Source of the DNA: an uncultured Candidatus Actinomarina sp.
GTDB lineage: Bacteria; Actinomycetota; Acidimicrobiia; Actinomarinales; Actinomarinaceae
DNA length: 64,000 nucleotides
Assembly: GCA_902555985.1 (NCBI GenBank)
Contig: CACDUI010000001.1
Coordinates: forward strand, 67,291-131,290
Direction: 5' to 3'
Part shown: positions 1 through 8,794 of the stretch, in pieces
Layout of the letters: the number at the start of each line of letters is the position of its first letter
Position numbering within the stretch: position 1 is the first letter of the stretch
Made by a program: the position numbers and the translations under genes
The notes under the pieces: generated by a model
The model's database searches: none
Told to the model about the DNA's origin: nothing
What the model saw: the letters and a program-made list of their open reading frames with translations, nothing else

Positions 1-147
1 ATAAGTGCTGCTCACTTCAAATAATGTGTCAACACCATCAGCTATGGGTGGTTTCATATGTCCCATTAAAACATCAATATATTCATTGATTTCATTGTGC
101 AAATCTTGAGCACTAGACAAACCTTTTTTTAGTGGAAATTTTTGCAT
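1..147 (-). CDS. Hypothetical protein, N-terminal fragment; the gene runs off the window start
   Basis: Minus-strand ATG at 147..145 shares the A with the MurJ stop (TAATG overlap). The reading frame MQKFPLKKGLSSAQDLHNEINEYIDVLMGHMKPPIADGVDTLFEVSST stays open to position 1. No family recognised. Confidence 0.35.
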   Translation of the reverse strand, partial: MQKFPLKKGLSSAQDLHNEINEYIDVLMGHMKPPIADGVDTLFEVSSTY

Positions 148-1625
148 TATCTTCTTTTAGCTATATTAATATACTCAAAGTTTAGCAAACTTAGTGAGAC
201 AAAAATTATAACAACTGTCAATATTGAGCTAACAATCAGATTCGCTATCCCAGTAAGTGTAATTATGATTTCAAATATTAAAAATACAAAAGAAATCACA
301 AATAAAATTTTAATCAACTCAAAAAGAAGTTCTTTACTAAAGACCCATTCAGAATTGAATCTAAGAGATAACAGTAGCGTTGCACAATAAATATATAAGG
401 AAATAATAATAATCCAGGCATAAGCCTTTGCATCTCTAGCTGCATTAAAAAGTACTACAGAGCTGATCATGGTTATAAAGCTTCCAGTGATAACAGGAAA
501 CCAAAATTTTTGCTGAACATAATATGATCTTGTAAGTACTTGATTAATTGACCAAGGCACAATTGCTAAAGAAATAATTATAAAAACTGAACTTACTCTA
601 ATTGTGTCATCATTGGTAAAGGCACCACGTTCATAAATTATTTCTATTAAATATTCAGCATTTGTAATTGCAATCACCATAAGCGCACCACCAATAAGGA
701 ATAAATAAGATAGTTGCTTCTTGATAAGTTTTAATAATTCATCAATTTCATTCTTTTGAAAAAGTCTTGAGAGCAATGGATAGCTTGCTACACCAACTGC
801 TTGCGCAATAATTCCAACTGGTAAGAGAGCTATTCTTCTTGCGTACCTAAATGTGGCTATGCTTCCAGCTGTAAGAAAAGAACCAAAAATTCTAAATAAC
901 TGTTCATCTACTACTGCAATGGATTGACCTAAAATCAAAGGAAGTGAAATAGTGATGTAATCTTTTAAGTGAATGAACTTTGGTGAAACTAGATAAAAAT
1001 TCAATCCAGATTTCTTTGCACCGTATATCTGTATTAAAAAATGACCCATTAAAGAGCCTATTAAAGTTCCAATTGCAAAACCCTTAATTGTTCCTTCAGG
1101 CGTTGAAGAATTTATCCATCCAAAAAAAATAATTGTTGAATTGTAAACTAAAGGGGCTAAAGCGGCGTACTTAAAATTATCATAAAAATATTGATAAGAC
1201 ATGAGTATCGCACCTATAAAGAAAAATACTTGGCTGAAAATGATTGGTGTAAATACTTCTACAAAAAAATCTAATGATGTTACACCAAGCAATTCAGCAA
1301 ATTGAAATCTAAATGAGTATGTTATGAGTGAAAATATTACAAAAATTAATGACATTCCATAAAGTATTGAAAGAAAATAATTGTTTAATTCACTTTTCTT
1401 CTTCTCACTCATAATTGGAATTAAAGTAATTGCAAGATATCCGCCTGCAGAAAGATAAAACAAAAAATCAGGAATTATAAATGCTAAATCTAATGTATCA
1501 GTGGCTTCTGAAACACCAGCCCAATTAGCAAGAAGTATTTCTCTAAAAAACCCTAGTACTCTACTTGCGGCATATGAAAAAGTAATTATGGTTATTGAGC
1601 CAATTAATTTTTTATAATTTTCCAT
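147..1625 (-). CDS. murJ: Lipid II flippase MurJ (MviN family), polytopic membrane protein
   Basis: 492 aa and hydrophobic throughout. N-terminus SRVLGFFREILLANWAGVS matches the MurJ/MviN N-terminal consensus. Size is typical of MurJ. Confidence 0.7.
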   Translation of the reverse strand: MENYKKLIGSITIITFSYAASRVLGFFREILLANWAGVSEATDTLDLAFIIPDFLFYLSAGGYLAITLIPIMSEKKKSELNNYFLSILYGMSLIFVIFSLITYSFRFQFAELLGVTSLDFFVEVFTPIIFSQVFFFIGAILMSYQYFYDNFKYAALAPLVYNSTIIFFGWINSSTPEGTIKGFAIGTLIGSLMGHFLIQIYGAKKSGLNFYLVSPKFIHLKDYITISLPLILGQSIAVVDEQLFRIFGSFLTAGSIATFRYARRIALLPVGIIAQAVGVASYPLLSRLFQKNEIDELLKLIKKQLSYLFLIGGALMVIAITNAEYLIEIIYERGAFTNDDTIRVSSVFIIISLAIVPWSINQVLTRSYYVQQKFWFPVITGSFITMISSVVLFNAARDAKAYAWIIIISLYIYCATLLLSLRFNSEWVFSKELLFELIKILFVISFVFLIFEIIITLTGIANLIVSSILTVVIIFVSLSLLNFEYINIAKRR

Positions 1626-2490
1626 GCAACTCTTTCATTTTAGATAGTAATTCATAAGGAACCTTTATAGGGGAATTTTCATAACCTACGCCAAGTAAGT
1701 TGTTTGGTTTTCTACTTCCATGAAAATCACTACCACCTGAAACTAAAAGTTCATGGTTTTCACATATACTTAATAATGTACTTATTGTGTTGTGGGTATA
1801 TCCGGGATAATAAACTTCAACCCCGTCTATTCCGATATCTTTTAACGATTCAATATAATCATGAAATTCATTATTTATCCAGTTATCAGATTTTGAATAT
1901 AGCTGATTACTCATAAGTGTATGTGGATGCGCAAGAAAGACTAAAGATTTAGAACTTTTTGACAGCTTTACTATTTCATCAATGCTTAATTGATGATTGT
2001 CAATATCATCTATTTTCCCATTCCCTAAATATTTTGCAAAAGCTTCAGAAAGGTTACGAACATATTCTTTTTTGACCATAAGTTCTGCAATATGGGGCCT
2101 TCCTGGCACTTTGGTTTCTAATTCATCAAGTTCTTTTTTTTCTATAAATATTCCAAATTCTTTTAAATTATCAAGTATTGAATAGTTTCTTTGAATTTTA
2201 TTTAGCCTAAGTTCATGAAGCTTGTTGTTTAAAGGAGAGTCTTCTTCTAGGAAATATACAAGTAAATGTGTACCACCAAATTTGTTATTATTATCAAGAA
2301 GCTTCCAACTTACACTAATTTCTGCACCGTGAATAATTTCTATATGAGTTTGTTTGGGAACTTTTGTTAAGTATTCGTGATCAGATATACAAATTGCTTC
2401 TAATTGAAGCTCACTAGCCGATTCTAATATAGCCTCAATTGTTTCCGTCCCATCAGAATTTATTGAGTGAACATGCAAATCTATACTCAT
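1612..2490 (-). CDS. PHP-domain metal-dependent phosphoesterase
   Basis: N-terminal MSIDLHVHSINSDGT is the PHP motif-1 His pair; further His/Asp positions follow (GSDFHG). The 14-nt overlap with murJ suggests translational coupling. Confidence 0.7.
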   Translation of the reverse strand: MSIDLHVHSINSDGTETIEAILESASELQLEAICISDHEYLTKVPKQTHIEIIHGAEISVSWKLLDNNNKFGGTHLLVYFLEEDSPLNNKLHELRLNKIQRNYSILDNLKEFGIFIEKKELDELETKVPGRPHIAELMVKKEYVRNLSEAFAKYLGNGKIDDIDNHQLSIDEIVKLSKSSKSLVFLAHPHTLMSNQLYSKSDNWINNEFHDYIESLKDIGIDGVEVYYPGYTHNTISTLLSICENHELLVSGGSDFHGSRKPNNLLGVGYENSPIKVPYELLSKMKELHGKL

Positions 2491-2546
2491 AAAAACAAGG
2501 GTACTAGGGTCTTTAATTCTTTAATAAATTAATTAGAATGTTTCCT

Positions 2547-3755
2547 ATGGCATTAATAGTACAAAAATTTGGTGGAACAAGTGTTGCAGATACTGATTCG
2601 CTCAGAATAGTGGCTGAAAGAATTATTGAATGCAAAAAGAACGGATATGATGTAGTGGTCGTTCCTTCTGCAATGGGTTCTAGTACAGATGAACTTATTC
2701 AATTAGCTAATAATCTTTCTGAAAACCCAACACCAAGAGAACTGGATATGCTTCTTTCAGCAGGTGAGAGGATAACCATGTCATTGTTGTCAATGCATTT
2801 AAATAGTTTGGGATATAGTTCATTTTCGCTAACTGGTTCTCAAGCTGGCATTATTACAACTTCGAAACATGGACAAGCAGAAATAGAGGAAATTACGGGT
2901 GAAAGAGTAAAAGAGGGCTTAGATAGCGGAGATATTGTTATAGTTGCTGGTTTTCAAGGATTCAATAGAGATACAAAAGAAATAACAACACTTGGCAGAG
3001 GTGGTTCTGACGCAACAGCGGTGGCACTAGCTGCAGCATTAGGAGCAGAAAGGTGTGAAATATTTACTGATGTAGAAGGAGTGTACACTGCAGACCCGAG
3101 AGTAGTTAAATCAGCAGAATTAATTCCGGAAATAACTTATGAAGAAATGTTAGAGATGTCTTCATCTGGGGCTGGAGTTTTGATGGCTAGGTCTGTAGAA
3201 TTTGGCAGAAGGTATAATGTACCAATAATTGTAAAATCTACCTTCAAAAACAATGAAGGTACTGAGGTAAAAGAAAAAGTAATGGAAGAAGCATTAGTCA
3301 GTGGAGTGACGCATAATAAAAAAGAAGTTAAGTTCACTCTTTTTGAAGTTCCAGATCAACCTGGAATTGCTGGAACAGTTTTTGGTTCTTTGTCAGAAAT
3401 TGGTATAAATGTGGATATGATTGTTCAGAATGTTTCAAAAGACTCGATTACCGATATATCTTTTACCGCTCCTACAGAACAGAAAGATAAAGTTGAAAAA
3501 GAATTAATTAAGATTTCAAAAGAACTTAACGCAAAGGGCTATGACATTGATGAAAATGTTGGAAGAGTTTCAATAATTGGTGCTGGCATGAAGTCAGAAT
3601 CTGGAGTAGCTTCAAAAATGTTTAAAATTTTAGGAGAACATTCTATAAACATATCAATGATTTCAACTTCACCTATTAGAATTTCATGTGTAATTGATAA
3701 TAAAGATATTGAGACTGCTTTGGAAGTTCTGCATAAGGAATTTATAGAAAAATAA
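2547..3755 (+). CDS. lysC: Aspartokinase (LysC); probable true start at the second Met (MALIVQKFGGTS) rather than ORF-track 2538
   Basis: MALIVQKFGGTSV is the canonical aspartokinase N-terminus. The amino-acid kinase domain is followed by two ACT domains. Stop overlaps the asd start (ATGA). Confidence 0.9.
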   Translation: MALIVQKFGGTSVADTDSLRIVAERIIECKKNGYDVVVVPSAMGSSTDELIQLANNLSENPTPRELDMLLSAGERITMSLLSMHLNSLGYSSFSLTGSQAGIITTSKHGQAEIEEITGERVKEGLDSGDIVIVAGFQGFNRDTKEITTLGRGGSDATAVALAAALGAERCEIFTDVEGVYTADPRVVKSAELIPEITYEEMLEMSSSGAGVLMARSVEFGRRYNVPIIVKSTFKNNEGTEVKEKVMEEALVSGVTHNKKEVKFTLFEVPDQPGIAGTVFGSLSEIGINVDMIVQNVSKDSITDISFTAPTEQKDKVEKELIKISKELNAKGYDIDENVGRVSIIGAGMKSESGVASKMFKILGEHSINISMISTSPIRISCVIDNKDIETALEVLHKEFIEK

Positions 3756-4741
3756 TGAAGATCGCAATCGTTGGCGCAACAGGTCTTGTTGGTCGCAATA
3801 TTATTAAACTATGTGAAAAGAATTTCAATGAAGAAGTTGAATATAACCTTTTTGCTTCAAAATCTTCTGAAGGTAAAAAGATAACAATCAACAATAGAGA
3901 ATTCTTTGTTAAAGAACTAAAAAAAGAAAATATTGAAGAATATGACATTTCCCTTTTCTCAGCTGGCGGAGAGAGGTCTAAGGAACATGCAAAAGATTTT
4001 GTTAAGAACGGATCATTTGTAATTGACAATTCTTCTGTTTTCAGGATGAATGAAGATGTACCACTTGTTGTATATGGTATAAATGAAAATGAAATTTCAT
4101 CAGATTCAAAATTAATTTCTAATCCAAACTGTACAACTATGGGGCTTGTAATGGCACTAAAGCCTTTACATGATCAGTACACCTTAATGTCCATGACACC
4201 AGTTGCGTATCAAGCTGTTTCTGGATCGGGCTCTGAGGCTTTACAATCTTTAAATAACGAAACCCTAATTAGTGATGAATTAGATTCTGATTATGAAGAC
4301 ACGTATTATCCTAAACCAATAGCTAGGAACGTAATTCCTCTAGCAGGTAGCTTAACTGATAATGGATATTCAGATGAAGAAATGAAATTTGTACATGAGT
4401 CAAGAAAAATTCTTGCAATACCAAATTTAATTGTTGAGCCATCGAATGCAAGAGTTGGGGTTAGAACTGGACACGGAACTTTTTGCTCTGCAGTGTTTGA
4501 AAACGAAATCGATGTGGAAGAATGTTCTAAGTTACTTAGTGACTTTGAAGGAGTAGAAGTATGGAATGATTCATTACCAACTCCACTTGATGTTGAAGGC
4601 AAAAATGAAGTATTAGTATCAAGGCTTAGACAAGGTCTTTCCTCTAAAAATATTTTAAACTTTTGGGTAGTTTCTGACAACTTACTCAAGGGTGCTGCTT
4701 TGAACGCAGTGCAGATTGCAAAATTTTTAGAGAAATTATGA
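3755..4741 (+). CDS. asd: Aspartate-semialdehyde dehydrogenase
   Basis: MKIAIVGATGLVGR is a Rossmann N-terminus. SNPNCTT contains the catalytic Cys motif. Length is typical of the bacterial enzyme. lysC-asd operon arrangement. Confidence 0.9.
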   Translation: MKIAIVGATGLVGRNIIKLCEKNFNEEVEYNLFASKSSEGKKITINNREFFVKELKKENIEEYDISLFSAGGERSKEHAKDFVKNGSFVIDNSSVFRMNEDVPLVVYGINENEISSDSKLISNPNCTTMGLVMALKPLHDQYTLMSMTPVAYQAVSGSGSEALQSLNNETLISDELDSDYEDTYYPKPIARNVIPLAGSLTDNGYSDEEMKFVHESRKILAIPNLIVEPSNARVGVRTGHGTFCSAVFENEIDVEECSKLLSDFEGVEVWNDSLPTPLDVEGKNEVLVSRLRQGLSSKNILNFWVVSDNLLKGAALNAVQIAKFLEKL

Positions 4742-5388
4742 TTTCAACAACAGACAATATAGCCCAAAAAAATAGAAAAGTTCTTGGGCCACTTGGACGA
4801 TTCTTGCTAAAAGTATTTAGGTGGGAAATTAAAGGAAAAATTCCTAATTTAGAAAAAATGATTTTAATTGGGATTCCACATACTGCAATGAGGGATGCAT
4901 GGTACGCACTTTTGGCAGTTTGGGCTTTAGATTTAAAAATTAACTTTTTCGGCGCTGCATGGGTGTTCACTAGGCTTCCGAGTTTATTTACAGTATCTAA
5001 AAATTTAGACAGATTAGGAATCCCTTGGCCATTCTGGTGGTTACAAAAATATTTGATGTTGAAACTTGGAGGTATACCTGTTTATCGAGTAAATTCTAGA
5101 GGACTGATCAGGGGAGCAGTTGAGGAATTTAAAGTGATTGACAATTATATTCTTGTTATAGCTCCAGAAGGTGGAGTTGAAGCTGTAGATCAATTTAGAA
5201 GCGGTTTTTATTATTTAGCAAAAGGATTAAATATACCTTATGTACCGATTGAAATTGATTTCAAAAATAGATGTTTTAGAATCCAGGAACCAAAATTCAT
5301 AAACGGTACATTTGAACAGGAGTCAGAAAGAATAGCTAAATTATTTGATGGAGTTATTGGAGCAACAAGAACTTTTAAAATGTTATAA
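4738..5388 (+). CDS. Putative lysophospholipid (PlsC-type) acyltransferase
   Basis: HX4D motif (IPHTAMRD) near the N-terminus, and a later VIAPEGG motif resembling the acyltransferase PEG(T/R) block. ATGA overlap with asd. Confidence 0.45.
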   Translation: MISTTDNIAQKNRKVLGPLGRFLLKVFRWEIKGKIPNLEKMILIGIPHTAMRDAWYALLAVWALDLKINFFGAAWVFTRLPSLFTVSKNLDRLGIPWPFWWLQKYLMLKLGGIPVYRVNSRGLIRGAVEEFKVIDNYILVIAPEGGVEAVDQFRSGFYYLAKGLNIPYVPIEIDFKNRCFRIQEPKFINGTFEQESERIAKLFDGVIGATRTFKML

Positions 5389-6058
5389 ATAATGGAATAA
5401 AGAGACTTAAGATATAATTTCCAACCGGTATTTGTTTCAAACCTAGTAAATTAATCCCAACTCCCACAAGTAATACTCCTCCAATTCCAGCAATAGAATC
5501 AGCTACAATTTGATCAATTGATCCACCAAGTCCAAGCGCACATAATGTAAAGAATCCTTGATAAATAAGAATAGAAACTCCAGAATATACTGCGCCCTTT
5601 CCGCCACTTGAGGTTAGAAATAGAACCAGAAAACAATCAAGTGCAGTTTTGATTAAAAGCAATTCTATATTACCTTCAACAACATCAAGAAATGGACCAA
5701 CTATTGCAAGAGGTCCAGTAATGACTATTAATGATGCAGTTAAATAACTTTCTATAAACTTATTTTTCTCAGAACTTTCTTTTTCAAATTTATTATGAAG
5801 GTACTCTCCAAAATTTTTTATTCTTTCTTCAATTTTTAAATATGTTCCAATAATTGCCCCAATTAACACTGCAATTAAAGTAAGTAAAAATTCAGGACTT
5901 TTTAAAGATTCCCTTATTCCTAGTGTCAATACAAGAAGACCAAGCGGAAGTAAATTATTTTCAAAATTTTTAATTTCTTTTTTAACAAAAATTCTTGTGA
6001 CAATTCCAACACCAATTACTGCAAGAGAATTAATTATTGTGCCAATGCCTGGAATCAT
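5375..6058 (-). CDS. Polytopic membrane protein (DUF554/YqgA-like)
   Basis: 227 aa, about six hydrophobic helices and Gly-rich. The family assignment comes from size and topology only. Confidence 0.35.
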   Translation of the reverse strand: MIPGIGTIINSLAVIGVGIVTRIFVKKEIKNFENNLLPLGLLVLTLGIRESLKSPEFLLTLIAVLIGAIIGTYLKIEERIKNFGEYLHNKFEKESSEKNKFIESYLTASLIVITGPLAIVGPFLDVVEGNIELLLIKTALDCFLVLFLTSSGGKGAVYSGVSILIYQGFFTLCALGLGGSIDQIVADSIAGIGGVLLVGVGINLLGLKQIPVGNYILSLFIPLFITF

Positions 6059-6621
6059 TAGTTATTAAAGTCGTTATGACTCCTACTTGGAGTAGGCCCT
6101 TCTTGGCCCTGATATTTGCTACCGTAAATACCAGATCCATATTTAGATTCTGAGGGTGAATTGAGATAATAAAAAGAAATTTGTCCAATTTTCATTTCAG
6201 GATAAATTTTTATTGGTAAATTTGCTACATTTGAAAGTTCTAGTGTCAAGTAGCCTGAAAACCCGGGATCTACAAAACCAGCTGTAGAGTGTATTAATAA
6301 CCCAATCCTACCAAGAGAACTTTTTCCTTCAAGTCTTGCAACAACCTTATTTGAAAGAGATACTTTTTCAAAAGTAGTTCCTAGAACAAATTCACCTGGA
6401 TGAAGCACAAAAGGTTCTTCAATAGATGAAGTAACAAGAGTTGTAAGGTCATCTTGTTTTGATTTTGGGTCAATGTGAGAATATTTATGATTTTCAAAAA
6501 CTCTAAAATCTGTACCTACCCTTAAGTCAACGCTTGAAGGTTGAATGAAGTCTTCAATTAAGGGAGAAATTTCAATATCTTTATTTTTGATTGAATTTTT
6601 TATGTCAACATCTGATAACAC
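6058..6621 (-). CDS. dcd: dCTP deaminase (Dcd; possibly a bifunctional dCTP deaminase/dUTPase as in some Gram-positives)
   Basis: 187 aa. N-terminal MLSDxDIKNSI...VDLRVG and the C-terminal beta-rich region match the Dcd/dUTPase fold family. TAATG overlap with the downstream gene. Confidence 0.8.
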   Translation of the reverse strand: MLSDVDIKNSIKNKDIEISPLIEDFIQPSSVDLRVGTDFRVFENHKYSHIDPKSKQDDLTTLVTSSIEEPFVLHPGEFVLGTTFEKVSLSNKVVARLEGKSSLGRIGLLIHSTAGFVDPGFSGYLTLELSNVANLPIKIYPEMKIGQISFYYLNSPSESKYGSGIYGSKYQGQEGPTPSRSHNDFNN

Positions 6622-6667
6622 TTTTTTCCCTTTACTTTTTTAATATGATACTCGATTTTAAATACAT

Positions 6668-6868
6668 TTATCTATTTATTAAGGATGCGATAGACCAAAT
6701 AGTTATTAATAGTCCAACAGTTATTAAAAATATTGTTCTTCTCATATAAATATTTTCTTTATTTTCATTCTTGTTAAAAAAAGCAGCTAAATTTCCTGCA
6801 ACCATTGCTGCTCCAACACCCAAAAGTAGGAGAATAATTGTTAAATCTAGTGCAAATGGATCATTCAT
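6668..6868 (-). CDS. Small two-helix membrane protein (hypothetical)
   Basis: 66 aa with two clear hydrophobic segments, sitting between dcd and a divergent kinase gene. No homology recognised. Confidence 0.25.
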   Translation of the reverse strand: MNDPFALDLTIILLLLGVGAAMVAGNLAAFFNKNENKENIYMRRTIFLITVGLLITIWSIASLINR

Positions 6869-6878
6869 AACTTATATT

Positions 6879-7736
6879 ATGATAATGAATATGTTAAAAG
6901 CTAGTGAAGTGATAGAAATATTTTTGAATTATGATATTTCAAATGTAAAAGATCAAAGTAAATATGAAATTTCAGAACTAGATGGCATAACAAATACCAG
7001 CTTTGTTGTACTAGTTGATAATAAAAAGTTTGTTTTAAGAATCCCTGGTGAAAATCCAGATGTAATTAATAGATTGTCTGAAAAATACAATACCAAAAAG
7101 GCAGTGGAATACGGCTTGACACTTCCTTATTTAATTTTTGACGAAGACACAGGAATTAAGATTTCAGAATTTTTTGATATTTATACATACAAAGCTGCTG
7201 ATTTTAAAAATAAAAATATGAGAAACAGTGCTTTTAATGTATTGAATAAATTGCATAAATCGGATCTAATATTTAAAAATAATTTCTCACCCATGAATGT
7301 ATTTAAAGAAATTGCAGATATTTCAGTTTCAATAGAACAAGAAGCTAAAGAAGTTGGGATTAAAATTGTGAATAAACTAAATGAAATTGGTATTAATAAT
7401 CATCCATGTCATCAAGATCTCTATTCAGGAAACTTTATTTTATATAACGATGCTACTTATCTAATCGACTGGGAGTACTCATCAATGGGTGATAATTATT
7501 TTGATTTTGCTGATCTATTTTGGCAAAATGAGTTTGATTTTGATAAAAATCTACGAAATGAAGCTCTTAATGAAATTGGAATTTCTAAGGAAGATGAAAT
7601 ATACAAATTTGAAATTTTTGAAATATTATCAATGATTACATGGGGGTTGTGGGCTTTGAAAAGGTCTCCTAAAGACAATGATGGTCATAGAGCTTTAAAC
7701 AAAGCAATTAAACTTAGCATCGATAAAAAACTTTAA
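6879..7736 (+). CDS. APH/choline-kinase-family phosphotransferase (substrate unknown)
   Basis: Brenner-type catalytic motif HQDLYSGNF followed by DWEYSSMGD, the Mg-binding D-x-E region of the APH/ChoK fold. Start moved to ATG 6879 (MIMNMLK...) because the ORF-track start at 6771 overlaps the opposite-strand small gene. Confidence 0.55.
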   Translation: MIMNMLKASEVIEIFLNYDISNVKDQSKYEISELDGITNTSFVVLVDNKKFVLRIPGENPDVINRLSEKYNTKKAVEYGLTLPYLIFDEDTGIKISEFFDIYTYKAADFKNKNMRNSAFNVLNKLHKSDLIFKNNFSPMNVFKEIADISVSIEQEAKEVGIKIVNKLNEIGINNHPCHQDLYSGNFILYNDATYLIDWEYSSMGDNYFDFADLFWQNEFDFDKNLRNEALNEIGISKEDEIYKFEIFEILSMITWGLWALKRSPKDNDGHRALNKAIKLSIDKKL

Positions 7737-7806
7737 AAAGGTTTTCAATTAATGACGAAAACCCGTTAGACTTTCGCAGTTAGGAAAAAAGGAAATTATT
7801 TAATTT

Positions 7807-7902
7807 ATGGGATCTTTGATTAAAAAAAGACGTAAAAAAATGTCAAAACATAAATATCGTAAACGTCGTAAATCAAATAGACATAAGAAGAAAAGCGTTT
7901 AA
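7807..7902 (+). CDS. Ribosomal protein bS22-like (31 aa, Lys/Arg-rich); missed by the >=60-aa ORF track
   Basis: ATG GGA TCT TTG ATT AAA AAA AGA CGT ... TAA encodes MGSLIKKRRKKMSKHKYRKRRKSNRHKKKSV. This closely resembles mycobacterial bS22 (MGSVIKKRRKRMSKKKHRK...). A purine-rich stretch (AGGAAAAAAGGAAA) lies about 10 nt upstream. The stop abuts the next gene. Confidence 0.7.
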   Translation: MGSLIKKRRKKMSKHKYRKRRKSNRHKKKSV

Positions 7903-8751
7903 CTAAATTTCTCTTTCTTCATTTAAGAAATCTTCGATTTGTTGAACAAGATTGTCTTCTGAAAAATTATCTTCAATGCTGACATCTGCTTCTTCAAGCT
8001 TAGAAACGTACTCAGCTAAATCTTCTGAATTCTCCATTGCTTTATTAATCTTAAGATCAAACTGTTGACCTTCACTTTGTATTCCAGAATCATCAATTTC
8101 AATTTTTAAAATATCTGAAGTTTTATTAAGGAGTGCGCTCATTCCTTTAGGATACCCACCACTACTTAAATAGTGAGGCACTGCTGCCCAAAGTCCTGCA
8201 GTTTCAATTCCACTATCTCGCAAATTTTGACCAACAACGCTTGTTATACCTGTAGGTCCAGAGTAATTAGGGTTAAGAACGTTGTGTCTTGAATGAAAAG
8301 TTGGGTCTCCACTAACACCGAATATTGGAACTGGCAATGTGTGTGCTACTTGTCCAAAAAAAGCACCTAATGTTACTGCTTTTTTAACTCCTAGCTCAAG
8401 TAGAGTATCAGAAATGTTCCTAGAGTAATCTTTCCACTTCATAGAAGGTTCTTCACCAAAAACAAGTATCAAGTCACTTTTTAACTTGTAGTCTTCGATT
8501 GAGTAAAAGGAAGTTTGAGGCCAGTGAAAGTTTCTTTCCCCAAATTCTTTAACTTCTACAACAGGTCTTCTCATTTGATAGTTGTAATATGAATCTGAGT
8601 TCAGCTCGGCAAACGGTTCTACATCATAAGTGCTACTCAAGTTTTCTACACATCCAGTTGCGGTGTTTCCTGCATCACTCCAACCCTCGAAAGCAAGAAT
8701 AGCTACTGGTTCTGATAAAAGTGGTTTTCTATACCAAACTACGTCTTCCAT
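7903..8751 (-). CDS. PAC2 (proteasome assembly chaperone 2)-family protein
   Basis: N-terminal VAILAFEGWSDAGN matches the conserved AFEGWNDAG block of bacterial PAC2-family proteins. Acidic C-terminus. Confidence 0.5.
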   Translation of the reverse strand: MEDVVWYRKPLLSEPVAILAFEGWSDAGNTATGCVENLSSTYDVEPFAELNSDSYYNYQMRRPVVEVKEFGERNFHWPQTSFYSIEDYKLKSDLILVFGEEPSMKWKDYSRNISDTLLELGVKKAVTLGAFFGQVAHTLPVPIFGVSGDPTFHSRHNVLNPNYSGPTGITSVVGQNLRDSGIETAGLWAAVPHYLSSGGYPKGMSALLNKTSDILKIEIDDSGIQSEGQQFDLKINKAMENSEDLAEYVSKLEEADVSIEDNFSEDNLVQQIEDFLNEEREI

Positions 8752-8794
8752 ATTTGAAGGATAATCTCTAAACAGATTTATTTAAGATTTAATT

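Noticed and set aside
6771-6878. N-terminal extension of the phosphotransferase ORF (start 6771)
   Set aside because: The extension overlaps the opposite-strand 66-aa membrane ORF and encodes a low-complexity Ala/Pro/Lys stretch. The conserved kinase fold begins after Met at 6879.
6879-7736. Calling the APH-fold kinase a type II homoserine kinase (thrB2) because lysC-asd is nearby
   Set aside because: It is about 3 kb away on the other side of unrelated genes, and the fold alone does not discriminate choline, aminoglycoside or homoserine kinases. Left as a generic phosphotransferase.
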